Positions 38,147 through 49,393 of a DNA stretch of 64,000 nucleotides are shown one piece after another (the first letter of the stretch is position 1; every line of letters begins with the position of its first letter). This stretch comes from Desulfobacterales bacterium (lineage in GTDB: Bacteria; Desulfobacterota; Desulfobacteria; Desulfobacterales; UBA2174). The notes under the pieces were generated by a model that was not told the origin of the DNA, made no database searches, and saw nothing but the letters and a program-made list of their open reading frames with translations. The translations under genes were made by a program, and so were the position numbers. The DNA lies in NCBI GenBank assembly GCA_963668645.2, contig CAXXWC010000021.1:1024001-1088000 (forward strand), given 5' to 3'.

Positions 38147-39421
38147 TCAGCCGCAGCCCATTCCGCTGCCGCCACACCCCGCACCGCAGGCCCGCGGCGG
38201 GCGCACTGCCATGTGGCGCAGGTCCTCACCGGCGAACACGGCCCGTACCGCCTCTTCGATAACCCCCTCGCAGACGATCACATCGATCCCGCGGGCATTG
38301 AGGGCCGAACGCGGCGCCTCGCCCGCCCCGTTGACCAGAATGACCCGGCAGTCGCACAAGGTGGCGGCCAATTCGGCCCAGCGGCGCCGCCCGCCGCCGG
38401 GGGCCGGTGTCTCGCGGCTTTCGATGAGCCCCAGACGGCCCTGCTTCTCGCCGTAGATCAACAATCGGTCCGCCTCGCCCAGGTGCTGGTTCACCAGTGC
38501 CCCTTCGAGGCTCGCCACCGCCAGATAGGGGCGCGAGGAGACGGCCGCGCCGCCGGTCTCCAGTACCTCGAGGTGCTGGCAGTTCTGCAAGGTGGTCATC
38601 AGCCCTTTTGCCGGGGCCTCGCCCAGCAGCCCCACCGCGTCGGCCCGGCAGCGGGTGCAATGGCGCATCTGGGGAACGAAGGCCTCGGCCGCCTCCCGGA
38701 TGGTAGCCACCTTGGCGGCCGACGGTTCCTCCAGGTGTTCGAGGGCGCTGCCCGGGCTCGGGTAGTAGGGCATGGCGTTGAACAGGTCGACCTTCAACTC
38801 GCCCATCCTGCGGGCCACCTCCGGGATATGCAGATCATTGACCCAGGGGATGATGATGCTGTTGATCTTGACCGTGATGCCCCGGGCCTTGAGCGCGGCG
38901 ATGGCATCGAGCTGGCGCTCCAGCAGCACCCTGGCGCCGGCCTCGGCCCGCAGCACCCGCTTGCCCACCCGCATCCAGGCGTAGATCCCGGCGCAGACCC
39001 CCGGGTCCACCGCGTTGACCGTAACGGTGACGTGGCTCACGTTCAGCTCGGCCAGTTCGTCCACGTAAGGCGCCAGATTCAAGCCGTTGGTGGCCAGGCA
39101 GAGGATCATCTCCGGATAACGCGCACGCACCCGGCGGCAGGTTTCCAGCGTCTCGGCGGCGTTGGCGAACGGATCACCTGGGCCGGCGATGCCCACGACC
39201 CGGATGTTGTCCAGCCGGGTGGTCACCGTTTCGAGGTAGACCATGGCCTGGGCCGGTGTCAGCACGGCGCTGGTCACCCCGGGACGGCTCTCGTTGACGC
39301 AGTCGAAGCGCCGGTTGCAGAACTTGCACTGGATGTTGCAGCGGGGCGCCACGGGAAGATGCACCCGGCCGAAGCGGTGGCGCGATTGCGCATTGAAACA
39401 AGGATGGTCCTGGAGGTTCAT
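38147..39421 (-). CDS. nifB: FeMo-cofactor biosynthesis radical SAM protein
   Basis: HPCF, CNIQCKFC, ESRPG, AGPGDP, HCTRCRADAVG and a C-terminal NifX-like domain. Confidence 0.97.
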   Translation of the reverse strand: MNLQDHPCFNAQSRHRFGRVHLPVAPRCNIQCKFCNRRFDCVNESRPGVTSAVLTPAQAMVYLETVTTRLDNIRVVGIAGPGDPFANAAETLETCRRVRARYPEMILCLATNGLNLAPYVDELAELNVSHVTVTVNAVDPGVCAGIYAWMRVGKRVLRAEAGARVLLERQLDAIAALKARGITVKINSIIIPWVNDLHIPEVARRMGELKVDLFNAMPYYPSPGSALEHLEEPSAAKVATIREAAEAFVPQMRHCTRCRADAVGLLGEAPAKGLMTTLQNCQHLEVLETGGAAVSSRPYLAVASLEGALVNQHLGEADRLLIYGEKQGRLGLIESRETPAPGGGRRRWAELAATLCDCRVILVNGAGEAPRSALNARGIDVIVCEGVIEEAVRAVFAGEDLRHMAVRPPRACGAGCGGSGMGCG

Positions 39422-39482
39422 GACTCTTCGCTTTCACCTGTTGAAGGATGGAATTGATCTTTGCCGGTGCGCCGCTGCCGGG

Positions 39483-40880
39483 TCACATATAGGTGTACCC
39501 CACCGCCGATGCGCCCTGGCGCCGCTCGATGAGGGTGTTGGCGATCCGGTCGAACAGGGCCTGGGCTCCTTCATACCCGAGATGAAGCAGGCGCGGCCCG
39601 CCGATCCGGTCATGGATCGGAAAACCGACCCGCACCAGGGGCAGATCGAGCTTGCGCGCCAGGCTGTATCCCTTTGAATGACCGATGACCAGATCCGCAC
39701 CGGCGCTGCGCACCGCGTCTTCCATGTCGACGAAATCGGCCCCTTCCATGACGCGCACCGGATGGCGGTAATTTTCGCCGAGGGTGGCGTGCACCACCGC
39801 CTCCAGGTGGCCGCCCCGCTCCCCGGTGGCGCAGACCACCGGCACGATCCCGATCTCGGACAGGAAATCGACTAGACCGGCCACCAGATCGGCCTCGCCG
39901 TAGACCAGGGCCCGCACCGTATTGACCAGTTTGTGGCCGTCCACCATGGCGTCGAGCAGCCGCCCCCGGGCCTGGCGGTGATGCTCCGGCACCTTCCGGC
40001 CGCTAACCGCCGCCAGGGTCTCCATCAAGCGGTCGCTACGGCGCACGCCGATGGGCAGGCCGAGCCGGTGGGCCGGCACCTGGCAGCAGGACTCGAGGTG
40101 GGTGGCGGCTGTTTCGGGGGCCCGGGCGAGCACGGCGCCAAGCTCGATGCTGGCCCCGGCCCGGCCGGCCGCGGTGATGGCCGTCACCGGGGTGCCGCCG
40201 GCGGGAATCGGCTGGTAGTCGGTCCACAGGCCGCCGTCCAGCGAAGCGGAGTAGTCGGGCAGTATCATCGCATCGAGCCCGAAATCGGCCACGATCTGCT
40301 TCAGGTGCCGCAGGTCGGCCGCAGAGACCATCCCGGGAAAGAGGTTGATCGTCCCGGTCCGGCCCCCCCCGGTGGCCTCGGAACCCGCCAGGCCGGCCAC
40401 CACGGCCAGCACCGCGCGGTGAAAGCCCTGCATGTGGGTGCCCTGATAGCTCGGTGTCGAAGCCTGGACGATGGGCGGCAGGTCCACCGATGAACGGGCC
40501 CGGCGGTACTCGTTGATGAACATGGCCACATCGTCGCCGATGGTCTCGGCCAGGCAGGTGGTGGCCACCCCGATCAGGGCCGGCGCGTACTGGGTGATGA
40601 TGTTGTCCAGGGCCAGTTTGAGATTGGCCCCGCCGCCGAAGATGGCGGTCTGCTCGCCGAAGTTGGAGCAGGCGATGTCGATCGGCTCTTTGAAGTGGCT
40701 GATCAGGTATCGCCGGATATAGGTCGAACAGCCCTGGGAGCCGTGCAGCAACGGCACGGCGCCGGCGATCCCCTTGTAGACCAGGGCCGCGCCCAGCGGC
40801 GCGCAGAGCTTGCAGGCATTCTGGGTGGCCGCCGCCACGGGCCGGGTTTGCATCTCTTTGAGGATATAAGCGCTTTGCAT
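39483..40880 (-). CDS. nifN: FeMo-co scaffold beta subunit
   Basis: NACKLCAPLG, HGSQGC, TTCLAETIGDD and GFPIHDR; ATG at 40880 after AAAGGA. Confidence 0.93.
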   Translation of the reverse strand: MQSAYILKEMQTRPVAAATQNACKLCAPLGAALVYKGIAGAVPLLHGSQGCSTYIRRYLISHFKEPIDIACSNFGEQTAIFGGGANLKLALDNIITQYAPALIGVATTCLAETIGDDVAMFINEYRRARSSVDLPPIVQASTPSYQGTHMQGFHRAVLAVVAGLAGSEATGGGRTGTINLFPGMVSAADLRHLKQIVADFGLDAMILPDYSASLDGGLWTDYQPIPAGGTPVTAITAAGRAGASIELGAVLARAPETAATHLESCCQVPAHRLGLPIGVRRSDRLMETLAAVSGRKVPEHHRQARGRLLDAMVDGHKLVNTVRALVYGEADLVAGLVDFLSEIGIVPVVCATGERGGHLEAVVHATLGENYRHPVRVMEGADFVDMEDAVRSAGADLVIGHSKGYSLARKLDLPLVRVGFPIHDRIGGPRLLHLGYEGAQALFDRIANTLIERRQGASAVGYTYM

Positions 40881-40926
40881 CGCGATCGGTCCTTTTGCCG
40901 TGGAGTGAAATCGGACAATGGCATTG

Positions 40927-42285
40927 TCAGGCGGCATCGGCCTGGCGAAACGGTGCGAACTGCCACACCGGGCTGGTCACCGAGGTGTGCAGCTCGCGGG
41001 TGAAATGGAGCATGCCGGCAAAACCGGCCAGGGGGATCTTGCGCTCGTGGTTGTGGTCGCAAAAGCCGATCCCGAGCTTGAAGGCGATGGGCCGTTCCTT
41101 GACGCCGCCGATGAAGACATCGGCCTGTTTTTCGATGATGTACTTGGAAAGCTCCAGGGGGTTGGCGTCGTCGAGGATCACCGTCCCCTCCTCGCACATC
41201 TCACGCAGGACCCGGTAGTCCTCCTCGCCACCCGTCTGGGAGCCGGCCAGGATCACCCGCATCCCAAGCAGGCGCAAGGCCTTGATCAGGGAAAAGGCCT
41301 TGAAGGCCCCGCCCACGTAAATGGCGGCCCGTTTGCCAGCAAGGTCACGGCGAAAAGCATCGAGCTGCGGGTAGACCTGGCCGATCTCGCGGCGCACGAT
41401 CTTTTTGGCCTGCTGTTTGATCCCGGGGGCGTCCGGGAAATGGTCGGCCACGTCGTAGAGGGCCTTGGCCATGTCGTCGGTGCCGAAGTAGGAAACCCGG
41501 ATATAGGGGATGCCGTATTTTTCCTTCATCATCTCGGCCAAAAAGGTCATGGCCCCGGAGCACTGCACAACGTTGAGCGCCGCCCCGTGGGCGCGGCGCA
41601 CCTCGGCTACCCGGCTGTCGCCGGTCAACACCGATACCACCTGGATCCCCATCTCCTCGTAGTAGCGGCGGATCATCCAGGCCTCGCCGCCGATGTTGAA
41701 CTCGCCGAGAATGTTGATGCTCTGGGGCGCGATCCCGGCCGTATCGCCCGTGCCCACCAGTTGGATCAGGGCGTCACAGGCCGCCTTGTAGCCGTCCTTC
41801 TTGGTCCCCTTGAAGCCTTCGGAATGGACCGGCAGGACCGGGATTCCGGTCTCGCGGGCCACCCGGCGGCAGACAGCCTCCACGTCGTCGCCGATGATGC
41901 CGACGATGCATGTGCTGTAAACGAAGGCCGCCTCGGGGCGGTAGGCGGCGATCAGTTCGCTCAGGGCCTGGTAGAGCCGCGGCTCGCCGCCGAAAATGAC
42001 CTCCTTTTCCGAAAGATCAGTGGAAAAGCTGAGCCGGTGGAGCTGGGGACCCGAGGAGAGGGACCCGCGGATGTCCCAGGTGTAGGCCGCACATCCGATG
42101 GGACCGTGGATCAGGTGCAGGGCGTCGGCGATGGGGTAGAGCACCACCCGCGAGCCGCAAAAGACACAGGCCCTCTGGCTCACCGACCCGGCCAGGCTCT
42201 GGCGGTCGCAGAGCATGTCGAAAGGCGCGTCGCCCTTGGTGTAGATCTGGCGTTGGCGTTCCTTGAGAATCGGTATGGCGGCCAT
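40927..42285 (-). CDS. nifE: FeMo-co scaffold alpha subunit
   Basis: SQRACVFCG, HGPIGC, YSTCIVG, VQCS and DHNHER. Confidence 0.95.
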   Translation of the reverse strand: MAAIPILKERQRQIYTKGDAPFDMLCDRQSLAGSVSQRACVFCGSRVVLYPIADALHLIHGPIGCAAYTWDIRGSLSSGPQLHRLSFSTDLSEKEVIFGGEPRLYQALSELIAAYRPEAAFVYSTCIVGIIGDDVEAVCRRVARETGIPVLPVHSEGFKGTKKDGYKAACDALIQLVGTGDTAGIAPQSINILGEFNIGGEAWMIRRYYEEMGIQVVSVLTGDSRVAEVRRAHGAALNVVQCSGAMTFLAEMMKEKYGIPYIRVSYFGTDDMAKALYDVADHFPDAPGIKQQAKKIVRREIGQVYPQLDAFRRDLAGKRAAIYVGGAFKAFSLIKALRLLGMRVILAGSQTGGEEDYRVLREMCEEGTVILDDANPLELSKYIIEKQADVFIGGVKERPIAFKLGIGFCDHNHERKIPLAGFAGMLHFTRELHTSVTSPVWQFAPFRQADAA

Positions 42286-42321
42286 CTTTTCCTCCTTGGC
42301 GTCGCAACTTCCAGCAGAATG

Positions 42322-43701
42322 TCACAGCACCAGTTCCATGGTGATGTCGTCGGCGTCGCGGTCCTTGCGGTCCAGCAGGGCGTCGAGGATCCGCACCAGC
42401 AGGTGCAGAGTGCCCCGGTAGCCCACCGTGGGGATGTAGCTGTGGCCCACCCGGTCGAGGATGGGAAAACCGTGGCGTATGTAAGGAATGTCCTCGTCCT
42501 TGGCGATGTACTTGACGTAGGAATTGCCGATGAGCAGATCCACCGGCGCCTGCTTGATCCACTGGTGGAAAAGGTACATGTCACCGGGCACCTTGATCCT
42601 GGCTCCGTCGGGAACGTCCTTGACCACCTCTTTGAGCCGGGCTTCGAAGCGTTTGCCGGCCGGGGTCCCGGTCACCAGGTAGACCGGATGCATGTCGATG
42701 GAGACCAGAAACTCGGCCAAGGCCATGAGCTGGTCCGGATCGCCCACCAGGCCGACCCGTTTGCCGTAAAAATGCGGATGGGTGTCGGCGATCATATCCA
42801 CCAACTGGCCCCGTTCGAAATCGATGGACGCGGGCACCGAACGGCCGGCCATGGTCCGCAGCCGGTCGACGAAACGGTCGCTGGCATGCAGCCCGATGGG
42901 CAGACCGATGGTCTCGAAGGGAACCTTGCACTTGGCGTCCAGGGCCCGGGCCGCCGCATCGGAGGCCAGTTTTCCCATGGCCAGGGTGCCGAGGCTGCGG
43001 CCGGTCTGCTTCAGGCGGGCCACGGTGGCGCCGCCTTCGGGATACATGCGGTATTTTCCGGTCATCGGGCCGTTGAGCACCCCGGAGGTGTCCGGAAAGA
43101 CGATGGTCTCGACCTCCAGCAGGGCGGCGATACGCTTGAGTTCCGCCATGTCGGACGGTTCGACCCAGCCGGGGATCAGGTTGATGGTCTTTTCCCGGTG
43201 GCCGTTGGATTCGGCGAAATAGTCCACCAGGGCCTTGGTCATGTTGGAAAACCCGGTCACGTGCGAGCCGACGTAGCTCGGGGTGTTGGCGTGTATCACC
43301 GCCTTGCCGGGGGGGATTTTGCCGTCGGTCCGGGCCTTGTTGATGATCTGGGGGATGTCGTCGCCGATGGTCTCGGAAAGGCAGGTGGTGTGCACGGCGA
43401 TGACTTCCGGGTTGTAGACGGTAAAGATGTTGTCGATGGCCTGGAGCAGATTGGCCTGCCCCCCGAACACCGAGGCCCCTTCGGTAAACGCGCTGGTGGC
43501 GGCCATCACCGGTTCTTTGTAATGCCGGGTAAGCGCGCTGCGGTGATAGGCGTAGCACCCCTGGGAGCCGTGGCTGTGGGGCAAACAGGCGTGAACCCCC
43601 AGGGCCGCGTACATGGCGCCGATAGGCTGGCAGGTCTTGGCCGGATTGATCGTCACGGCCCGGCGTTCTTTTATTTCTTCACTGGTATGTCTTAACAGCA
43701 T
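42322..43701 (-). CDS. nifK: Nitrogenase MoFe protein beta chain
   Basis: INPAKTCQPIG, HGSQGC, HTTCLSE and YVGSH P-cluster ligands; short N-terminus. Confidence 0.97.
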   Translation of the reverse strand: MLLRHTSEEIKERRAVTINPAKTCQPIGAMYAALGVHACLPHSHGSQGCYAYHRSALTRHYKEPVMAATSAFTEGASVFGGQANLLQAIDNIFTVYNPEVIAVHTTCLSETIGDDIPQIINKARTDGKIPPGKAVIHANTPSYVGSHVTGFSNMTKALVDYFAESNGHREKTINLIPGWVEPSDMAELKRIAALLEVETIVFPDTSGVLNGPMTGKYRMYPEGGATVARLKQTGRSLGTLAMGKLASDAAARALDAKCKVPFETIGLPIGLHASDRFVDRLRTMAGRSVPASIDFERGQLVDMIADTHPHFYGKRVGLVGDPDQLMALAEFLVSIDMHPVYLVTGTPAGKRFEARLKEVVKDVPDGARIKVPGDMYLFHQWIKQAPVDLLIGNSYVKYIAKDEDIPYIRHGFPILDRVGHSYIPTVGYRGTLHLLVRILDALLDRKDRDADDITMELVL

Positions 43702-43751
43702 GGCGCGTTTCTCCTTTTACAGGCTGTTGAGAAACAAGCATCAGTAGCCTG

Positions 43752-45401
43752 TCAGTCGCCCCAGGCGTAGGTCGCCGTCAGTTCCGGATGTTTTTGCCAC
43801 GGCGCCTTGAGGTATCCCCAGATCCGGCTGTTGGTCATGCGGCCGATCTCTTGGTAGAAGTTGATCGCCCCGACAAAGCCTGCATAGGGACCGCCGTAGT
43901 CATAGCTGTGAAGCTGCTTCATGGGCACCCCGTGCTTCTGGATGACGAATTTTTCCTTGATGCCGGCACAGAAAAGATCGGGCTTGAGCAAGGCCAGGAG
44001 CCGCTCGGTCTCGTGGTGACTGATGTCGTCGATCACCAGGGCCCCGTCGGTCATCTGGGGCATCATCCCTTCGTAATCGGCCATGCAGACGCCCTTGTCG
44101 GCCAGAGCCGCCATCGCCTCCTGGGACTTGCGCGGCCGGTAGCGCTCGGGATCGGGCTCCACCTCGAGCTCTTCGATGTTGCGGCTGTCCGCGTCGACCT
44201 TGATGCTGCCGAGCACGGAGCGGCCTTCGTAGTCGTCGCGGTGGGCGAACTCGTAGCCGGCCGACAACACCCGCATGCCCAGCTCCTTGAACAGCTCCTG
44301 GTAGTGGTGGGCGCGCGATCCGCCCACGTACATCATCACCCGCTTGCCTTCGGTGCGCGGGCGCACTTCGCCCAGGGCGGCCTTTACCGCCGGCATCTCT
44401 TCGGCGATGACCGTCTCGACCCGCGCCGCCAGGGCCTCGTCTTCGAAATAGGCCGCGATCTTGCGCAGCGACTTGGCCGTGGCGGCCGCCCCGATGAAGT
44501 TGACCTTAAGCCAGGGAACCCCGTATTTCTTGTCCATCATCTCGGCCACATAGTTGATGGAACGGTGGCACATCACCAGGTTGAGGTCGGCCGTGTGGGC
44601 GTTGGCAAAATCGTCGATGCTCGAATTGCCGCTGAAGGTGGACACCAGGGTGATCCCGCAGCGTTTGAAAAGGTCCTCGATGACAAAGGCGTCGCCGCCG
44701 ATGTTGTACTCTCCGAGCAGGTTGAGTTTGAACTCCCCCTCGCGAACCGTGTCGTCGGTACCGATGACGTGCTTGAAAATCTGGTTGTTGGCAATGTGAT
44801 GGCCCGCCGACTGGCTGACCCCTTTGTAGCCTTCGCAACTGAACCCGAAGATGTTGATGCCCAGCTTTTCCTTCATCTCCCGGCACACGGTGTGGACATC
44901 GTCGCCGATCAGCCCCACCGGACAAGTGGCAAAGACCGCGATGGCCTTGGGGCGGACGTTGTCGTAAATCTCCTGGATGGCCTGTTTGAGCTTTTTCTCA
45001 CCGCCGAAGATGATCTCCTGTTCCTGCATGTCGGTGGAAAAGCAGTAGGTCATGAAGTTGTGCCCGTCGGCCGTGGAGGACGGATCGGTCTGGTTGCGGC
45101 GCGTCAACCAACTGTAATAGCCGCAGCCGATGGGGCCGTGGGTGAGGTTGACGATATCCCGGGTGGGGCCGAGCACCACCCCCTTGCATCCGGCGTAGCA
45201 GCAACCGCGCTGGCCGATGAGCCCCGGCACGGTCCTCACGTTGGAGGCGATGGTGGGCACCCCGCCGCCGGGCTCCACCTTGTTGATCACGATCTGCTTG
45301 CTGCGCTTGCGGGCCACCTTGGATGGGTAGCTTGCCACCAGAGCGTCCTTAACGCGTTCGGCCTCGCCGAGGCCCTTTATCTTTTCAGCTGCTTCGGCCA
45401 T
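43752..45401 (-). CDS. nifD: Nitrogenase MoFe protein alpha chain (group II, with insertion)
   Basis: RGCCYAGC, HGPIGC, ATCP, SQSAGHH, MCHRS and LHSYDY; insertion after HRDDYEGR; AAGGAG RBS. Confidence 0.97.
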   Translation of the reverse strand: MAEAAEKIKGLGEAERVKDALVASYPSKVARKRSKQIVINKVEPGGGVPTIASNVRTVPGLIGQRGCCYAGCKGVVLGPTRDIVNLTHGPIGCGYYSWLTRRNQTDPSSTADGHNFMTYCFSTDMQEQEIIFGGEKKLKQAIQEIYDNVRPKAIAVFATCPVGLIGDDVHTVCREMKEKLGINIFGFSCEGYKGVSQSAGHHIANNQIFKHVIGTDDTVREGEFKLNLLGEYNIGGDAFVIEDLFKRCGITLVSTFSGNSSIDDFANAHTADLNLVMCHRSINYVAEMMDKKYGVPWLKVNFIGAAATAKSLRKIAAYFEDEALAARVETVIAEEMPAVKAALGEVRPRTEGKRVMMYVGGSRAHHYQELFKELGMRVLSAGYEFAHRDDYEGRSVLGSIKVDADSRNIEELEVEPDPERYRPRKSQEAMAALADKGVCMADYEGMMPQMTDGALVIDDISHHETERLLALLKPDLFCAGIKEKFVIQKHGVPMKQLHSYDYGGPYAGFVGAINFYQEIGRMTNSRIWGYLKAPWQKHPELTATYAWGD

Positions 45402-45438
45402 GGTTGGTTCCTCCTTGCAGATCTTGGCGCGGTCCCGT

Positions 45439-45822
45439 TCACGAGATCTCGTCCAGGGCGTCGTCGCCGCTTTCACCGGTGCGCACCCGCACCGCGTCGT
45501 AAACCGGCAGCACAAAGATCATGCCATCGCCCGATTTGCCGGTGCGGTTGACCCGGATGATCGTTTTAACGGTGCACTCCACCATTTCATCGGGCACCAC
45601 CATGATCATGGCGCGTTTGGGCACCAGGCGCTGGCTGGAACCGAGCTGTTCAATGGCTTCCTCGTAGCCGCGTTCGGCCCCCTTGAGCAGATGCAGGTCG
45701 ACCAGTCCCTTGCCGCGGCCCAGGGCGTCGCGCGCCGTAATCGACGAGATTCCCGCATCGCCCAGGGCTTTTTTGGTCTTGTTCATCATATTGAGCCGTA
45801 CGATGGCCATGACCTCTTTCAT
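45439..45822 (-). CDS. nifI2: PII-like nitrogenase regulator NifI2
   Basis: MKEVMAIVR, GRGKG, LVPKR and GDGMIFVLPV; lies between nifH and nifD. Confidence 0.92.
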   Translation of the reverse strand: MKEVMAIVRLNMMNKTKKALGDAGISSITARDALGRGKGLVDLHLLKGAERGYEEAIEQLGSSQRLVPKRAMIMVVPDEMVECTVKTIIRVNRTGKSGDGMIFVLPVYDAVRVRTGESGDDALDEIS

Positions 45823-46175
45823 AGCTTGACCTCCTCGGTGGTGCCGTCGGCGTTTTCCTTGATCCCCGAACTGATGGTGTACGCCTCGAGCACCGGCAGA
45901 ACAAAGATCTTGCCGTCCCCAAAAACCCCTTTTTCACCGGTTCGAGCCGCCTTGATGATCGCCTCGACCACGTAGTCCTTGTCCTGGTCCCTGATCACGG
46001 TCAGCAGCATCTCCTTGGGGATTTCGTCGTAGGTGACCTCGCCGATCTTGATGCCGCGCTGCTTGCCGCGGCCAACCACCGACATCTTGGTCACACCGGG
46101 AAATCCGGCGCTCATCAGGGCCGCCAGGACGCTGTCGACCTTTTCGGGCCGCACGATGGATCGGATCATGAGCAT
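45819..46175 (-). CDS. nifI1: PII-like nitrogenase regulator NifI1
   Basis: IVRPEK, GRGKQRG, YDEIPK and GDGKIFV. Confidence 0.92.
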   Translation of the reverse strand: MLMIRSIVRPEKVDSVLAALMSAGFPGVTKMSVVGRGKQRGIKIGEVTYDEIPKEMLLTVIRDQDKDYVVEAIIKAARTGEKGVFGDGKIFVLPVLEAYTISSGIKENADGTTEEVKL

Positions 46176-46221
46176 ATGGCTTCTCCTTTCTTGCCTGCGG
46201 CGGGATGCCTCCCCGCCCGGT

Positions 46222-47067
<846 letters not shown>

Positions 47068-47096
47068 TCACCGCGCTTGCGATGTTACCCCCTTTT

Positions 47097-47113
47097 TACA
47101 AGCCCCGTGCCAG
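47097..47113 (-). promoter_or_regulatory. Sigma-54 promoter of nifH
   Basis: Minus strand CTGGCACGGGGCTTGTA: perfect -24 box, -12 reads TTGTA. Confidence 0.78.
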
Positions 47114-47224
47114 AACCCAAAAAGTCTGCTGTTTTTTTATATCTGATTGGTTTAGCTATATTTTTACAAATCCCAGCCAACCCGGTGCGACGTTTGATGG
47201 AATCGGGGATCTACACACACCGGC

Positions 47225-47254
47225 GACATTATTGTAGACGCCTACAAGAATGTC
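47225..47254. promoter_or_regulatory. Inverted repeat, candidate NifA upstream activator sequence
   Basis: GACATTATTGTAG-ACGC-CTACAAGAATGTC (13-bp arms, 1 mismatch), 112-141 bp upstream of the -24 box. Confidence 0.65.
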
Positions 47255-47393
47255 CTGACTTTAGTGGGTATAAAAATGACGACCGGCGCTGCGCATGAAC
47301 GGTGGCCGGTCGCTAAAAATTGGGAAACGGGGCGCTTGGACGCCGGCAGGCCCAGCCCGACAAGGATCGGGGCCTGTCCGCACACGACGGGAT

Positions 47394-48917
47394 TCAGATG
47401 CACCGCAAATCGATGTTGTATTTCTTGATGCGATAGCCGAGTTGGCGGGGTGTGATGCCCAGAGCCACGCTGGCCCGCTGCTGGACCCTGGCGTTGTCCT
47501 GCAGGGCACGGATGATGCGCTCGCGTTCCAGGGCCTGGACCTCTTCGGGCAGCTTGTTGTCGCCGCCGATCCCGGGACGCTCGGTGACCGGCCCGGCGAC
47601 GATGTTCTTGGGAAGATCAAAACCTCCGATCACCTCGCGTTCGGTCATGATCACCAGCCGTTCGACGGTGTTGGCCAGTTCGCGCACATTGCCCGGCCAG
47701 CCGTAGCCGGTCAGGGTCGCCACGGCCGTCTTGTCCAGAGTGACCCGGCGCTGGTAAGCGGCGTTGTACTTGTTCAGGTAATGGTCGAGCAGCAACGGGA
47801 TATCCACCGCCCGGTCGCGCAAGGGGGGCAGGACGATGGGCACCACGTTGAGCCGCCAGTAGAGGTCTTCGCGGAAACGGCCGGCGGCCACCTCGTCGTG
47901 CAGGTTGCGGTTGGTGGCCGCCACGACACGCACGTCGACACTGATGGAGGCGGCCGACCCGATGCGCTCGAAATTGCGCTCCTGAAGAACGCGCAGCAGC
48001 TTGACTTGCAGGTTGAGCGGCAATTCGCCGATCTCATCGAGAAACAGGGTGCCGCCGTCGGCCATCTCGAAACGGCCGATACGCCGTTCGGTGGCACCGG
48101 TATAGGCCCCTTTTTCCACGCCGAACAGCTCGGCCTCGATGAGGTTTTCCGGCAGGGCCGCCAGGTTGATGGCCACAAAGGATTTTTTGGCCCGGCGGCT
48201 CTGATAGTGGAGGGTTTGGGCGATGAGCTCCTTGCCTGTGCCGCTTTCGCCCAACAGCAGCACCGTGGTGTCGGTGGGTGCCACCTTGAGCACACTCTTG
48301 ATGACGAGCTGAAAGGGGGTCGATTCGCCGATGATGTTGGGCAGGCTGTACTTTTGCTCCAGGCGAGAACGCAACTCGCCACACTCCTGCAGGGTCTGGC
48401 GGTGATGGTCCCATAGCCTGACGAACTGCGATATGAGCGATGCCACGATGTGCAACACCCGCAGATCGTCATCGACGCTGCCGCGCTCTTCGCTGTAAAT
48501 GCGGTCCACGCTGATGGCCCCGAAGCTCTTCGAATCAAGGCTAATGGGCACGCATATGAAGCTGATGCCGCTTTTCTGGGGCCGCGAATCGGTCTTGTTG
48601 AGAAACTTGGGTTCGTCGCCGATGTTGGGGATGAACATCGGCGCCGCGCCGGCCATGACCCGCCCGACGATCCCCTCGCCGATGCGGTAGCGGCCGCGCT
48701 TGATCTCCTGGGTCGTCAGCCCGTGGGCCGCCACGATGCGCAAATTTTTAGAGACAGGATCGAGTAAAAATACGCAACCGCGCTGCATGTCGAGGTGATT
48801 GGCCAGGATCTGCATCGCCGCCATGAGGTTGTGCTCCAGCTCAAAGGAGCTTGTCAGCACCCGACTGACTTCCAGGATGGCGGTCAGTTCGTTGTTTTTT
48901 CTCAGCAGTGCATCCAT
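47394..48917 (-). CDS. nifA: NifA-type sigma-54 activator (GAF-AAA+-HTH)
   Basis: [45 protein letters not shown] and [12 protein letters not shown]; directly upstream of nifH; start may be at 48947. Confidence 0.88.
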   Translation of the reverse strand: MDALLRKNNELTAILEVSRVLTSSFELEHNLMAAMQILANHLDMQRGCVFLLDPVSKNLRIVAAHGLTTQEIKRGRYRIGEGIVGRVMAGAAPMFIPNIGDEPKFLNKTDSRPQKSGISFICVPISLDSKSFGAISVDRIYSEERGSVDDDLRVLHIVASLISQFVRLWDHHRQTLQECGELRSRLEQKYSLPNIIGESTPFQLVIKSVLKVAPTDTTVLLLGESGTGKELIAQTLHYQSRRAKKSFVAINLAALPENLIEAELFGVEKGAYTGATERRIGRFEMADGGTLFLDEIGELPLNLQVKLLRVLQERNFERIGSAASISVDVRVVAATNRNLHDEVAAGRFREDLYWRLNVVPIVLPPLRDRAVDIPLLLDHYLNKYNAAYQRRVTLDKTAVATLTGYGWPGNVRELANTVERLVIMTEREVIGGFDLPKNIVAGPVTERPGIGGDNKLPEEVQALERERIIRALQDNARVQQRASVALGITPRQLGYRIKKYNIDLRCI

Positions 48918-49021
48918 GTGCGGCTGTTTTGCACCTTTCGCCGGCAATCAAGATTTCCGTCGCCCGCAAACAAAACGGCGGCGAACTGTCCCTCTGCCCG
49001 AAGCGACTGCCGGATAGATAA

Positions 49022-49038
49022 CGCAAAGTACATGCCAG
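49022..49038 (-). promoter_or_regulatory. Sigma-54 promoter of nifA
   Basis: Minus strand CTGGCATGTACTTTGCG has GG-N10-GC spacing. Confidence 0.75.
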
Positions 49039-49350
49039 TTATCCCACAGAGGTTCCGAGGGGTTCGAAACGGCGGGGAAAAGGCACTCCATCAGCTTGTA
49101 TATTAAGGTAAATCCGGCCTATGAAAAAGGATCCGGACAGGACTTGGACCGCAAGATATTAAATTACATTTTCGAAATTTACAGCAAATTACGATACCTT
49201 ATTGTCATATATTTATATCAATCCCCACCAGGCAAAAGATCCCGGGCAGGACGTCTAACAGGTCGAGAATTGGCAGGCACGACCGAATTCGAAAAAGTCA
49301 GGATTTTTTTTTGCGAAATGGGGACGGTATGCGGTGTGAATATGATGCGC

Positions 49351-49390
49351 AATGCCCAATGGCCATCGAGACTTGGTCATCGGGCATTTT
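49351..49390. terminator. Stem-loop just downstream of the Gate-domain gene
   Basis: AATGCCCAATGGCCA-N8-TGGTCATCGGGCATT (15-bp arms, 2 mismatches). Confidence 0.45.
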
Positions 49391-49393
49391 CGT

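Noticed and set aside
42322..45401. Alternative (V or Fe-only) nitrogenase
   Set aside because: No G subunit gene between D and K, nifEN are present, and the HSYDY/CHRS ligand context is Mo-type
40918..45551. Very long plus-strand ORFs (925 aa and 587 aa) opposite nifEKD
   Set aside because: Antisense shadows of GC-biased genes with no recognisable motifs; the same applies to 15013-16743, 25758-27476, 29076-30578 and 56129-57355
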